A stretch of 64,000 nucleotides of DNA from Azolla caroliniana (lineage: Eukaryota; Plantae; Polypodiophyta). Position 1 is the stretch's first letter. Every line of letters begins with the position of its first letter. The position numbers and the translations under genes are program-made. The notes beneath the pieces are model-generated. The model did no database searches. It was not told the origin of the DNA and saw only the letters and a list, made by a program, of their open reading frames with translations. The stretch lies in contig JBHGNT010000021.1 of the NCBI GenBank assembly GCA_043228905.1, forward strand, positions 12,152,001-12,216,000, in the 5' to 3' direction. Positions 1 through 14,249 of the stretch are shown in pieces.

Positions 1-750
1 TTGGCATCTCGGATATGGCTTAGCTGTTGGTCTCCGACATTGGACACGAAGCAGTACATCATTGTACTTGCCGCTTGTTCCCACACTGGGAAGTCCTTGT
101 GTGCTGCATCAGGTGCTATGTTGTTAGCTCCATCGACATAGCTCCAATACCCATGCCCAAGCAGGTACTGGTGCATCTTGTATGACCAAGGTGCGTAGTT
201 GGATTTGTTGAGCTTCTCCACCGGAAGCGAGCTAGCCATTCCTTTGTCCATTACTTCTCTTTCTGTTCTTACCGGGTCTTCAAATGCTGATGTTGGCTGC
301 AGAGGTTCTTAACCCTCACGCTCTGATACCATGTGAAAGAATAGCGTGCGGAAGCAGTGGAAAACCGAAAAAAGAAACGCAGGTTTAATGGAGAGCTTAG
401 AATATACACAATACGCGAGAGAGACAAAGAGAGAGAGAGCACACAGAAACTCAATTAAAAAATATTACTCAGTCTATAACACTCTGTACATCGTATGTGT
501 TCAGTGAACACTTTTATACAAGTCCATACAGACTGACAGAAGTACGGTGTACTTCAATGCTCACATGAGCGTCTGACACTAACTACAAGACATTAACTAC
601 CTAGTAGTCCAGGCTGCTACTAGGCTTCCGGTTACTGATGAATCTGGCTACTCGGCTCACTTGCTTACCGATGTGGCTCGTCCTTCCGGATTCCGATCCA
701 GCTCAGGCTTATTCAGCCGATCCGGATCCGGTTGAGCTTGCCGCTCAACA
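1..750 (-). mobile_element. Copia LTR retrotransposon A1, 5' end (LTR 332-750, PBS, gag start); continues off the left edge
   Basis: LTR reads TGTTGAGCGGCAAGCTCAAC...TCACA on minus. PBS TGGTATCAGAGC (tRNA-iMet) at 320-331. gag from ATG at 251: MDKGMASSLPVEKLNKSNYAPWSYKMHQYLLGHGYW. It interrupts the integrase of element A2. Confidence 0.85.
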
Positions 751-2934
751 AGTTTCTCTTTCCACTCTCGCATGGAATTCCTTGAAGACAGATAGCACCT
801 AATCCTTCGTCTTCAACGGTGAGACCCACAACTTCCGGCTGTGGTCATCTATAAACGTCACGAAGTACTGCGATCCGGCATGTGACTTCGTGTCCACTTG
901 ACACACATCGGTATGCACCAACTCTAGTGGTGTATTCCGTCTCATCGGTGGTCTTGACCGGAAGGAGGTTTGGTTTTGCTTGCCGGTCAGGCAATCGGTG
1001 CACTTCTCAAGTTGCACGTCCTTCACCAGAATGAGATTGTCTTCGACAAGTCTCTTCATCCCCTTCTGACTCGTGTGACACAGTCTCTTGTGCCATAGCT
1101 CACCGGCAGTGTTGGATGCAACGTTCACTTCTTCCCGGCATATCCGGGCATGCATCAAGTATAGTGTGTTGACCTTCCGGGCTCGAGCTACTATTAGGCT
1201 CCCTTTGCTGAACTTCATAACTCCGTTTCGGATGCTACCCATGTAGCCTTCATCATCTAGCCAACCGGGTGATATCAGGTTTAGTCGAACCTCCAGAATG
1301 TGTCGGACATCCTCGGGCATCCTTCAGCAACAACTTGCATCTGGTTGATGTCGTCAACAACACATCTCCTATGCCGACAATTCGGCATGTACCTTCATTC
1401 CCCATCCAGGCACAACCATGATCTCCGGCTGTGTAGGATGAGAAGCATCTCCGGTCTGGTGTCAGGTGGAACAACGCTCTGGAATAGACAACCCACGTTG
1501 TCTTGTCGCCGACAAGGTTTAACTCATTCTCCTCAATAATGAGCATAAGTTCTTCTTCACTTGTCGTGATTGCCGACGTTCCCTTCCGATCCGAGCCTTT
1601 CCGGTCCGAACCCTTCTTCGAATCGGCATTGTTAGTTCCTTTCTCTTTCCGACAGTTCTTCTGGAAATGCAGACAGTTCTTCTGGAAGTGCCCCGACTTC
1701 CCACAATAGAAGTAAGTAGGCCTCCCCCTTGACTTCGACCTCGTCCCCGATTTGTCCCGGTTTTGGGGACTCCGATACCGGCCTCTTCCCCGATTGTGGT
1801 CATCTTCCATGACCAAGGCCTTCGGATCTGTTCCGGATTCCCGGTCCTTCCGGTGAGCTTCTTCATCTAGCAAGCTTGACTTGACTCTTGCTAGGGACAA
1901 CTGTTTTCCTTCCGGCCCGACGTTGCCCAATGTGACAACTAATGTCTCCCAACTATTCGGGAGGGAACCAAGCAGGAGTAATGCGAGCACCTCATTGGCA
2001 AGAGGTACTTCCAACGAGGTTGCCTGGTGGATTAGTCCCTGGAAGGCATTCATGTGCTCTGCCATACTAGAGCCGTCCTGGTACCAGAGCCTCACTAGCG
2101 TCCGAAATACCGAAACCCAATTAATAGCATTCTTGTTCTAGAACATCGTGCCGATCTTCTCCTAGAGTTCATGAGCCTTGCTCTCTTCATTGAAGTTGTT
2201 GTACAGGCTCATGTTGATGAAGCACCGGATATATGTCGTAGTCTTCATGTGCATCACCTCCCACACTGTGGCATCGATCTTGTCCGGTCTCTTGTCCCCA
2301 AACTGAACTGGCAACCAAAGATCTTTAACCACCAACATATCCTCATCTTCGACTTCCACACTGAGTAGTTGGAGCCGATGAGCTTGAACATGCCACTGAA
2401 CAATTCTTCCATTTCTTGTGTTGTTTGCTCTGATACCAGATTGTGAAGAATAACGCATAATATTGCTTGGCCACAACCGAGTCTTGAATCACAGAAATGG
2501 GAAGCAGAGAGTACACAGAATATTTACGTGGAAAACCCTAATAGGGAAAAACCACGGGAGCCCACAGACTCCAACTATCACTATATGAGAGGAAATACAA
2601 AGTGGAGACATAGAGGCAACGACCTCGTGCTCGCGATCTTCGCCAAATGGTGGTTACAACAGAAAGTGCGCATAGCTACTATCTTGCTCTCTCTCTCTCT
2701 CTCTATCTATCTATACAACAGTTATCTCTACAACAATATGACAACCCTCTCTACACATACAAAGTGATTGCCCTAAGTCATATTTATACTTATATGAACT
2801 TAGGGCTATTTACAAATATAACCTCAATAGGCTTACTCATAAGACATACTTACAAATATCTCTTCTCTTCCGGTTCTCACCGGGTCCTCTTCATTCATAA
2901 CCGGATCCCATCCGGAGGGACCGATTTCCCAACA
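751..2934 (-). mobile_element. Copia (Tnt1/Tork-like) element A2, degenerate 5' half: LTR 2442-2934, gag-PR-INT start
   Basis: LTR with TG...CA ends, PBS TGGTATCAGAGC at 2427-2438. gag with decayed zinc knuckle (YFYCGKSGHFQKNC), GAG-pre-integrase ELWHKRLCH, integrase LELVHTDVC...YFVTFIDDHSRK. Stops and frameshifts present. Confidence 0.85.
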
Positions 2935-3212
2935 AATCGGACGGTGCAGATCGCACACACCCTCAATTGAAAACTGAGCAACCTGCACCGTCTGTGGCCG
3001 CGATTCCCTCACTAGACCTATTTATGATTTAGTAGCTAATAGACACACGTCGCATACACACGTTTAACATACATACATACATACATACATACGTTATACG
3101 TTAGTTAACATATGTACATTATTAAGAGGTCGAATGAATAGCGTGGATAGATGATATGTAGATAAACCCCATCACAAGCCTAATTCTGCTAGCTTTTCTT
3201 TTACCAAAAAGA

Positions 3213-6200
3213 ATGGAGATGATGCAGGTTCCCTTTGCGGGAGGTAGATACTCGTACTCGACACTATCCACTTCTACTCTTCTCACTTCTCGCGCTCTTC
3301 TTCCGCTTCCTTCCCACCACCGTGTTGTTCGGTCCCTCCTTGATGCAGACAAGGATCTGGAAGGAAAATTAGTGACGGTAAACTGTTAGCGTTGACATGG
3401 AAATTTGACAAGAACTTGGATAGATAAGACAACATGCCTACTAATATGCATGTATAATTCATTAATTAGACGCAGTGTATGTAAATCTGAAGCGTTTATG
3501 TGTGCATGTGCACATAGATGTATATATACATACGGAGACATATATACCCTACATATAGGTATATATTAAGGATGAAATCATCTATACATTAAGGATAATG
3601 CATCGATACAACCAAAAACATAAGGTTCCTGAGGACTCATTTTGTTGTATTTTGGAGCATGTGGGGTTTTGCAAAGCCTTTGGAAAAGTTCCATGAGATG
3701 TTCAATGATTGCCTTGTAGGTATTGGGCCTTGGAGTTTCTGGAAGAGCAGCAGCAAGGCTAGCACTTGCTCGAGGAGCTTATGTTGTTGGTATAGACAAC
3801 AACAAAAGCATTTTGTCGTTTCAGGTATCCTCTTCATCTGATGTTGCAGTCACATTGTGTTATTACTTCCATGCTAGGAGGTGATTTAGCGTTTCTTTAG
3901 CTCTCCATGATCATTAGTATTGATGATGCCATCTCCCTATTGAGGACATGCATGTCTAGATACGTAGGTATATAGAGTACAAAATTGAAGGAGACCTAAA
4001 ATAATATGTCGAAATGAAATGTTATATTGATGTCTTCTTAAGGACAAAATGACCAATGAAGAGATGATGCTCATATATTAATGTCTGTTGGGGACAATAT
4101 GATCCATCAGACTAGCGAACATTACAAAATAATTCCCAAGCTGTATAAATAAGGGATTTAAAAATAGCAGAACAAAAAAAAACTGAACAGATGAAATGAA
4201 AAACTACGCTAGTTATTGAACTTCACTGTTTTAATCTTCTATTTATTTGGCACTATAGTCAAGCAGACAAGAAAAGAGCATGCCGAATGCTCTCAGGGAT
4301 GGTTCCATCCTTGTTAAGAGTTCTTGAAAGCTTGTAAAACCTTGTAGGAGTTCCTGAAAAAAGTAGGGTCAATTGTCCCCACGTGGGAGACATTCCAAAG
4401 TGGGAAGATCTTCTATTTCTGATACGTTGAAGCAGTATAGGTCACATATTCTCATTTTCTGTCAATATTTAGCCAGCACACAGTTTCTATATATAATGCT
4501 TGAGCATTCGCATTCTTGGATTGCATTCTAGGGGATGCGTGTCCAGATGTGAGCTTGGACATTGGCCAACTGCACTCTGTAATTTCTCAATATTGAGTGT
4601 TAAAATGGCTGCATGAAGTACTCAAACTAAGATCTATGTTGGGTTCGTCTCCATTTTGTGTGGAGGATTTTCAATGTGGCAAATCTAAGTAAGCATCCAA
4701 TTTCTCTTGCAGCCTTAGGGAAGCAAATTGAAGGCCTTGTCTACTTATAAACTGTTTGGAGGGCATAAAAATCTATCAGTCTTCTTCGATTTTCTAGAAT
4801 ATAAAGTGCAATGTCGTGCTCTTAACCTCGGAATAAGCTTTTAGGGTTTCCTCAAATACCAAATCCCCAAACCTCAGCTCCGTTTAGCAGAGTTTACACT
4901 ACGCATGGATCGAATTCGGAGATTGGAGGCCAAAGCCATGTTTTTTTATGTCCTTGCCTAATCCATTGAGGGAACGCTATCCTAGTCTTAACCTTGGGAT
5001 AATGCCTTAGATTTTTATTTCCCCATATCATCCAACCTGTTTGCTGGAATACTGCATCCCGAAACCTGAGCTCCATATACCAGAGTTTAGCTATGAATGG
5101 ATCAGGATGAGAGATTGGAGGCTAAGGCTATGACTTTGATGTCCTTGCCTGATCCATTGAAGGAATGCTGTCCTTTACCTGATCCATTTCTCCAGTTCCT
5201 TGTAGGTGTTGACCATCCCCCACTATGATAGTTTAGTCCATATTTTATTTCATGTTGATGAATTTCTTAGTTGTGTGCACGGTCAAGCCTGTATGTGATA
5301 AATGAATACTTTATGCACCTTAGGTTCATCTATAATGCACAGTATGTCTTTGGGAATGTCATTGTTTTCAAAGCGATTTCTGATGTTTTCTGAGCAATAA
5401 CTTCATATGTAAATTACAAAAAAATTCATTCATATTATTGTGAAAATAGAAATATTTCCTCTCCTTCATATTCCTTTGTTGCATGCCATGACTCTACTAT
5501 TGATTAGTTTTTCCTACTTTATATTTGGTTTTATCAAAGTTTTCTAAACCGTCTAAATAGAGGTGACATATTCATATATGATCCACTCCTTGCAACATCC
5601 AAGAGTCCTTCCTCATGTTTGTGCCCATCTTGGACGTTGTCAGAAAACAGTCAAAAGACAGTGGGATAAGTTATAATGAGAATATGTAAGGCAATTTTTA
5701 CTCATTTCTTTCATCGTAAGATAAAATCATTCGTGGGTCACCACCACGTAAAGGCATTAATATATCTGTCTTGTTTTAGCTCCAATGGACATGACAAATA
5801 TCATGGGCATATTTTCATTTTTTTGTTCTTGAACACTTCGTTTTTATTTGCAAGTTTTTGATTTTATGTGACAAAGGAAACAAAAATTACAATAGATCTA
5901 AAAATACCAACCATAAAGCAAAGCCTATTCACTAACTTTATTTTGTCCATATAACAAATGAATATTTAATGGTCTAATATAAGTATGGTGGTCTTCCTAG
6001 TGCATCTTGCTTGCAAAATTCAATGGTAACACTTGATGCCCTATCCAGGCCCTAAGCTCACTTGGTTTGAGTAGATTTTGGTTTTGATATCAGAAATGTG
6101 TTCCTTTTTTCGAGTTTTCAGAAGTGTTATATGACTTGAATTATATATATATTTATTTTCCACAGGATGATCCTTCTCCGTCATGGCAGAACAATTCTCG

Positions 6201-9200
6201 GTTCATATTGGAGCTTGGGGAATATGATCAAAATTACTTGTATAATGCCCAAAGAATAGTAGTATCTCCTGGCGTGTCAATAAGGAGCAATAATCTCGAA
6301 GATCTAATACGCAAGGTAATATTATAGATACAATGCAAACTAACCCAAAACTTAAGTGGAGAAATTTAGAGGATTATAATTTTATAGAAGTGAAACAGGG
6401 TCACCCTGTTGTCTCAGAGCTGGAATTTGCAGCAGAAAAGATTCCCAAAGACGTAAAGGTTATTGCAGTTACAGGAACTAATGGCAAGTCCACAGTAACA
6501 ACATTTTCTGGACAGGTATCCTATCTGCTTGGAATTACTCAAATGATGTGAAATAGGGCCAAATCAAATAATCTTATCTTTTATGTTAGATACTGGAACA
6601 AGCTGGAATACAGTGTTTCACAGGGGGAAACTTGGGTGTGCCTTTGTCAGATGCTGCTTTGCAATGCATGAAATCCTCACGACAAGATATCCCTTTTCAG
6701 GTTAAACAACACTTGTTTTTAATTGATGCATTCGAAATTTGAATTTTATGATGATTCTTCTTGTATAGGATATAATGATGCCTAAAATTTTAACTTGTAT
6801 GTTTCTTGTTATATGTAGGTTGCTGTTGTTGAAGTTAGTAGTTACCAAATGGAGATCCATGGCACACATTTCCAACCATCTGTGAGTTACTTGCTTGATT
6901 GTTGTAGAACTGAAATTGTTTATTCATCATCCACAACTTCTAAACATTATATTTGAAAATTCTTGATATATATAGGCTGCGGTAGTGCTTAATCTTACTC
7001 CAGATCATCTGGAAAGGCATCAAACAATTGAGAATTATGGAACATGCAAGTGCCGACTCTTCTCACATATGAATTCTTCACAGTTAGCAGTGATTCCTTC
7101 AAGTAAGAAAATTCTCTATATAAATCTGGTAATATTAAAGATCTTAACATTGTAATGCTAGTAAAATTTCCAGTATTGTGTAGGTTTCATACACACATGG
7201 ATCCTTATGGGAGTTAATCTGAGGAGATGAATTTTGGTCATCATGCAAACTGCAAAACTGTTCCTGCAAATGATGGCCAAATACCTGTATAGATGCCTGT
7301 TACCTCGAACTAGAAGGTTTATCAAACTTGGCAATTCCATGTAGCACACAGTCCTGTCACTGTTTTTGGTGTAGTTGTGATATTGTTGACAGATGAGTCA
7401 GTTTCGATCTTTCTTTACAGAACTGAACATGAGATTCTGACCACGTATGGCTCCTCATCATTCAATTATTCTTAAGAGAGAGTATAAAATTACTTTCCGA
7501 TGTTCTCAGTCACGAAAGAATTTACAAAAGTTTAGGTTGTATTCAACTCATTTTTCAATCATTCATTGTAACACAGATAGAAAAATGAAGAACCTATAGA
7601 TTTGCTAATGAGTTTCGCACTTTTGCATGAGTCATGAAATAGATGAGACAGAGGAGATTCATGAGTTGATGTAGGCTTATCCAAATCATTGAATACCCTT
7701 CGATAAGGAATCTACATTGAAATGGAGACAGCTTCAATATCTGACTTTTATTCTTTCTTTCGTTCCACATTTTGTTTTCCTTCAGTAGCTTCTTCTTTGA
7801 TACTACAGATGATTGGCTGTTGCGAGAGTTGGCTGAGAAGTCCGGTGGTCATGGAACAAGAGCTTGGATTGGCGACTTTCCTGGTGTTAAGGTATCTTGC
7901 AAGTGAGTAAATGTGTGGAGAATTGCAGTCTACACATGGAAAGTAGCTCCAGGCATGTTTCAAACATCTCTCTTGTTTTTTGGGAAGGTTGATGATACAG
8001 GATCATATGCTGTAATCCATGTTCCTACCACATCAGAAGATGCTCATTTAGATTTAACAACCTTAAACACTGTTGGTGCTCATAACGCTCAAAATGCTGG
8101 AACAGCTGCCTTGCTAGTTCTCGGGCTAGATATAGGGTTAAATCAAAGCACTGTTCAGAATGCCATTCCGTTCCTCAAATCTCTTCCCCATCGGATGCAG
8201 ACGGGTAATAATCTGGTCCTCAACATATTCCCATTTTATATAGTTCTTTGCTCAACCTTTTAATACCATCAGCTGTTTAAAATGATTGCACAGCAGTTTC
8301 AACATTATGATATTAGCAGCCCTATTTCATGATGGGTCATTTGTGGCCGTTAGAGGTGGAGTTGATAGTTGAACACCCAATCTTGGATTACAGAGCAAGC
8401 CCTTGACTGATCCTTAACATGTTTTCCAACTTCTAGCCTTTGTTCAACCTTCCAATGCTATCTGTTGTTTAAAATTATTGTACGACAATTTCAGTATTAT
8501 GAGAATAATGGCCCTTTCTCTCATAATGGGTCGTTTGGAGCAACTGGCAGTGGTATTGATTATTCGAATACCCAACCTTGGATTACAAAGCAAACTATTG
8601 ACTGTGAATACACCTCTCTCAAGGATTTTTTCCAATGGGTTTGCAAAGTTACTCAAGTTTGGCACTTACCAGTTGGCAGAACAAGAAGATAATCATTGTC
8701 CACACTTTGCCATAATTACAAATGCATAATTACAACATGACATAATTACAACTAGCCCGTTTCAATGTACCTTTGATTCTCCACACTTTGCTATGATCAA
8801 AATTTAAAAGAATAGAGTGATCTAAACTGATATCATTAAATTGAATAATGAATGAACTTATAACAGCCCCACAACACCTCTCAGGAGGAAGATGGCCCAA
8901 TATGAGGGCCTCTTGTTACACTTACCGTAGGATGCATTTATAAGTGGGCCCTCATATATGGACGGACAACATGTCTCTCATGTGTTATAGTGTTATATGT
9001 CAGCTCAGGACCTCTACCACAGTTAGTGATTGAGACAGTCAGTTCTACATGCAAAAGCTATAGAACAGATTCAATTGTAGATTGAGATGATCCTTGATAA
9101 AAAATGCAGAGCGTACTGAATGAAGAAATGGAGAATTAGATTTCCTCCTGTTCTGGTGCCCCTTTTGGTGAACCATGAGTTTACTTCAAACCTCAAAGCA

Positions 9201-10837
9201 GTATTTCCTCTCTCTTCAAAATGGTACTTATGACTAGTAAGGTATGACCCAGTCTCCTCACATATTTCATATGTTGGTTATGTCCATATCAAGGCCGTTG
9301 GCGTAAAATGTTGTCAAAGTGGTCTGCTCAAGCTGTTCAATGTGAAAGCAAACACCACTGTATGTTCCTGCTAGAAATAACATGAAGCAAGCAGGTATTA
9401 TTTGCCTTCATGCGAATCGATGATCGAAGTCACAAGGTTGTTCTGGTGCCCCTTTTGGTGAACCATGAGTTTACTTCAAACCTCAAAGCAGTATTTCCTC
9501 TCTCTTCAAAATGGTACTTATGACTAGTAAGGTATGACCCAGGCTCCTCACATATTTCATATGTTGGTCATGTCCATATCAAGGCCGTTGGAGTAAAATG
9601 TTGTCAAAGTGGTCTGCTCAAGCTGTTCAATGTGAAAGCAAACACCACTGTATGTTCCTGCTAGAAATAACATGAAGAAAGCAGGTATTATTTGCCTTCA
9701 TGCGAATCGATGATCGAAGTCACAAGGTTGTTTTTTCAAGCTGTGCACTACGAAGTTGATTTACCTTTTCTGGTTTGACAGTGATATTTGCAGAGTTGAT
9801 GAGACTAGACATAATTTTTTTATACACTAGTTTTCTTCCCTTTCTGTACATATGATATGTCATTTTAAATTGCACTAACCAGAATAGTTTGATGCCAAAT
9901 ATTTACCTGACATTTCTACATATATGGTCTCTACTATATACTGAGTACTCTGTTAAGTATGTTTTGTGCTTCTGCCAGTCTGCATTGATGACAATGATGT
10001 GCTTTGGGTAAATGATAGCAAGGCAACAAATGTTGAGGCTACATACACAGGACTGAAGGGCCTCACCCACCGACGCGCTGTTGTGCTTCTAGGAGGACTT
10101 GCTAAGGTTTGTGGCACATCTCATCTTTTATATATCACATTGTGTATATGCCACGAGTCTTATAATAGAAACTCCAAAAGAACGGACAAACTGTCTTTTT
10201 GATGCTTAAAATCAATACAAGGTACATCACTTGATTGCTTGGTGCCAAATCTCTGCATAGGTTTGCACCTGCTTACACATCCTTGTTATCTTATCCATTT
10301 GTGGTAAGCCCAAATCTTTCTTGACTGCTTTTTATTTATTTATTCTAGGTTCTAGACAAACAAGGGAATATTGGTTTCAAAAAGCTTGCTCACCTACTGC
10401 AGTCTCATAGGGCTGTGGTTACGGTCAGTTCTTTTCACAGTTCTTCTTGTTTCGTTTGAAGGAAGAATAGTGTTCTCATTCTATTTTGCATTGGAGAATT
10501 TGGATTTGCAGTTTGGAGCTTCGGGAGAACAGATAAAGAAGGATCTTGAAGAAGGTGGTATAGCAATACCATGTGTGCAAAGCAAGGGATTGATGGAGGC
10601 AATCAAAACAGCTGAAGATTTTGCTCTAAAAGGTCTAATTCTGCAACTCCTCCATTAATATAAATAGATCTTAAAGATATAGCTGAAAAGTATGAGATTA
10701 GTGCTTAAGTCATTATCTGATGGATTACAGGGGATGCCATCCTGCTCAGTCCTGGTTGTGCAAGCTTTGACGAATTCCTTAATTTTGAGCATAGGGGGAA
10801 GACTTTCTCAGAAATAGCCAAACAAATGAGAGCATGA
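3213..10837 (+). CDS. murD: UDP-N-acetylmuramoyl-L-alanine--D-glutamate ligase, plastid-targeted. Exons 3213-3377, 3720-3824, 6166-6315, 6399-6515, 6590-6700, 6819-6881, 6976-7102, 7809-7891, 7988-8204, 9979-10106, 10349-10423, 10512-10632, 10731-10837
   Basis: All 12 introns are GT-AG and phase-consistent; 1569 nt = 522 aa + stop. MurD motifs: [23 protein letters not shown] (P-loop), [60 protein letters not shown]. Ser/Thr-rich N-terminal extension resembling a transit peptide. Confidence 0.93.
9149..9732 (+). repeat. 290-bp near-perfect tandem duplication in murD intron 9
   Basis: TGTTCTGGTGCCCCTTTTGG starts at both 9149 and 9439; the copies differ by about 4 substitutions. Confidence 0.9.
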
Positions 10838-13800
10838 AGACATCCAAACAAAATCATCAAAGCTTGTACAGAACTTGAAAAGTAATAGATTACCTGCAAT
10901 ATCAATTGATTTGGATACATATATATGCAGAGGGTGGCATCAGAGGGTGGGTGTGAGGATATGAATCCTAACTCACAGATTACATATCATTTTCCATAAC
11001 AGTAGATTATCTCAAATTGCAAGACATTATTCTTGATTAACTAACCCTACGTTCTTGACACTCACAATTGTCAATGGGTGGTTGTGGTTGAGGCCACTCT
11101 TGTAGACTTGTATATCTGTTTTTTAGCTGCTATTTTTGCCACTCATGTCTCATAGGATTTTGTTACATAATTAATCTATGAATATTTACATTATTAGCGA
11201 ATTATTTCTTGTACGCATCCAAATGTTGGTCAATTTTTGCAATTTACAAAATATATAACTATACTTCATGTCAGACTTGTGATCATTGTTATGACTAGGC
11301 CATCAAATTCGAGGGCAATGTGCAAATATACTTGATAATTGTTATGGCTAGGCCATCAAACTTCGAAGTCAATGTGATGTGCAAACATACTTGATGACCA
11401 ATCCCTCTTCGGCCTCAAACAATTTCATCTTTAAGATGCATGATAAAAGTCTCCATGTTCTTCCCTTCTACATTCACTTTAAGGCAAAATGATTCACTAA
11501 ATTTGTAATCTTAAATTTATCTAGAATCTCATATTCATTCCATAGAATTCACAAAGCATTTGTTGTCTCAATCTTGTGCTAAATAGGCATGAATGTTGAT
11601 TAAGTTATTCCAAGCTCATCATGCTAGGTATATGGTGCAAAGCATGTATTGATGCAACCATATAACTTGAGATGATTTGACAAGCTTGTTTGGTCAACTA
11701 ACAGTGCCTTTTTGACAAACTTATGGTGGTTATTATGTGTTGAGAATCAAGCTCAACTTGGTCTAGTGTGTGAACTCATCTTGAGAGTGAAGAGACACTC
11801 CAACGGTCAAGAGTCACCATTATGTCAACACTTTGTATTCTAGTATTTAGTATGAGTCATAGAATCATATGAGCTTTCACATTCCCCATGCTCCATGAGG
11901 CTTGTAGTTAATGAAGAGAGAGGGTGACTACATAAAGCACCCTCCTCCCACCTTGTATAATGTTGAGTCTTTCTCCTTTGTCAATATACTTTTACCTTGC
12001 GTATTCTCTGTGTTTCACTCACTCACTCACTCACTCTCTCTCTCTCTCTCTTACACACACACATAACTTACATCTCTTCCGCTTCAGAAGAATCCATCTC
12101 TTGATTCTTTACATGGTATCATAGCGATTTGGTAGCTCGATCTAGCCCATTCGCCTCATCGTGATCGTGTGTTGTGCTCTACGCCGACGACCAAGAACCG
12201 GCTCATAGCTATCGTAGCTTCGCTACATAGCTCGCATTCGAAGAGAGAAGAAGAAGAAGAAGAAGAATCGACATAATGAATACTCAAATGGGGAGCGCTC
12301 TCCCTACCGAGAAGTTGGATCGAAACAACTTCGTATCTTGGCGACATGTATTGTTTGGCGACATGTGTTCACGACCACATGCTCAGTTACATTCGAGAAG
12401 CCAAGACGCCGAAGGAAGCGTGGGAAAATTTACGAAAGATTTTCGCCGCCAACACGACCACGAGGAAGCGTCAACTTCGCCAAGAGTTGAACAACATTCA
12501 ACAAAGGGACATGTCCATCACGACATACACCTTAAAGATCAAGGAGCTTTGCGACTCGCTCGGCTCAATAAGCGTAAGTATAGATGATGATGAGATGGTG
12601 GAAATATTCCTCGGCGGCCTCGCACCACGGTTCGGCGCGATGCGAACCGCCGTTCTAGCACAGGAGAAATCTCCCTCCTTCTTTGAGCTCCAATCAATGC
12701 TATTGGTCGAAGAAAACCACGTGCGTACAAGGAGCAATGAGTCGGAAGGCCACATGCTCTACACGCACTCTAATGGAGGAAGAGGACGCGGACGAGCGAG
12801 AGGCCGATTTTGCCAAGGACAAGGCGGACGAGGTCCGACCTACGACAACAACTCCCAATTTCGGCTGCAAAATGGAGGCCAACGACGAACCTTCGCAAGA
12901 AGGGGGAGCTTTCACTCCGGCCTGAGCCGTCAAAACGCAACTGAATGCGTATATTGCAGAAAGCTCGGCCACCACGAAGAAGAGTGCCGAAAGAAGATGC
13001 GTGAATCGGCTTCCACAAGCCGACAACTCACGAATTACGCACACAACTCCGACTACGAAGATCGTGGTGGAATGTATGTAGACAACTCCGACCGTGGCGA
13101 AATGTACGGGCACAACTCCGACTACGAAGATCATGGCGGAATGTATGCGCACAACTCCGTGGCGGAATGTTCATGATGAAACATAGAGCAAACTGTATGT
13201 CGACTGCTAACTCAACTAGTGCCTCTGGTCCGGAAGATGTATGGTTTGTCGATTCCGGTGCCTCGAACCATATGACATCGCATCAAGAATGGTTCCGAGA
13301 ACTTCGAGAGCTGGACCGACCCGGCTATGTCGAAACCGGAGACGACATTACACACTCGATTCGTCACATTGGCAATGTTCCGTTCGGAAAAGAAGGTAAG
13401 AAAAATTACATTAAAAATGTCTTGCATGTACTGACCATTACGAAGAATTTGGTCTCCGTCGGCCAAATTGTAGAGCAAGGGATGCAAATTCGATTTAATC
13501 AAGGCGGTTGCTTCATCGAAAAAGAGGGCCGACTCATCGCACGTGGAAGAAGAGAGGGCCGGATGTTCATTCTCGATTCACGCGAGATGAAATCCGCCAT
13601 GTTTGCGAAAAACACGAAAGCCGACTCCGACATAGAGCTATGACACAAGCGAATTGGCCACATCAATCTCAACAAACTCAAAGCAATGAAATCGAAAGGA
13701 GTCGTCATCGGAATCCCGACATTCAAAGAGAAGGAGATTGAAGGTGTATGCGAAGCGTGCCAATTCGGCAAGCAACATCGACACCCATTCCCGAAAGAGC

Positions 13801-14249
13801 GGAACGTGAGCAAAGGTCTACTCGACGTAGTCCATTCCGACATATGGGGACCGACGCAGACGGCTACATTTCGCGGATGCCGATATTACGTGCTCTTCAT
13901 CGACGACTTCTCTAGGCACACTTGGATCTACCCGATGTGGCAAAAGAGCGAAGTGTTCAGACACTTCCAAAATTTAAAGAATGAAGTCGAGAAAGCCACG
14001 GGCCGACATGTACGATGCCTTCGATCGGATGGCGGCAAGGAGTACTTCTCAGACGATTTCACGGCGTATCTCCGAAAGGAAGGAATCCGGCGAGAATTCA
14101 CTTGCCGACACACTCCGCAACAAAACGGAGTAGCCGAGCGCAAAAATCGGCACATCCTCGAAGTAGCGTGGGCCATGATGAACGAGAAGCATATGCCCAA
14201 GTCATATTGGGCCGAAGCTGCAAATACGACCGTCTACCTAATGAACCGG

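Noticed and set aside
4900-5185. Degenerate ~190-bp-period repeat in murD intron 2 as an RNA gene or MITE
   Set aside because: Only about 80 bp of diverged similarity; no TIR, TSD or RNA motif that I can support.
3213-10837. Bacterial contamination or recent HGT of murD
   Set aside because: It has canonical introns, a transit-like peptide and plant TE flanks.
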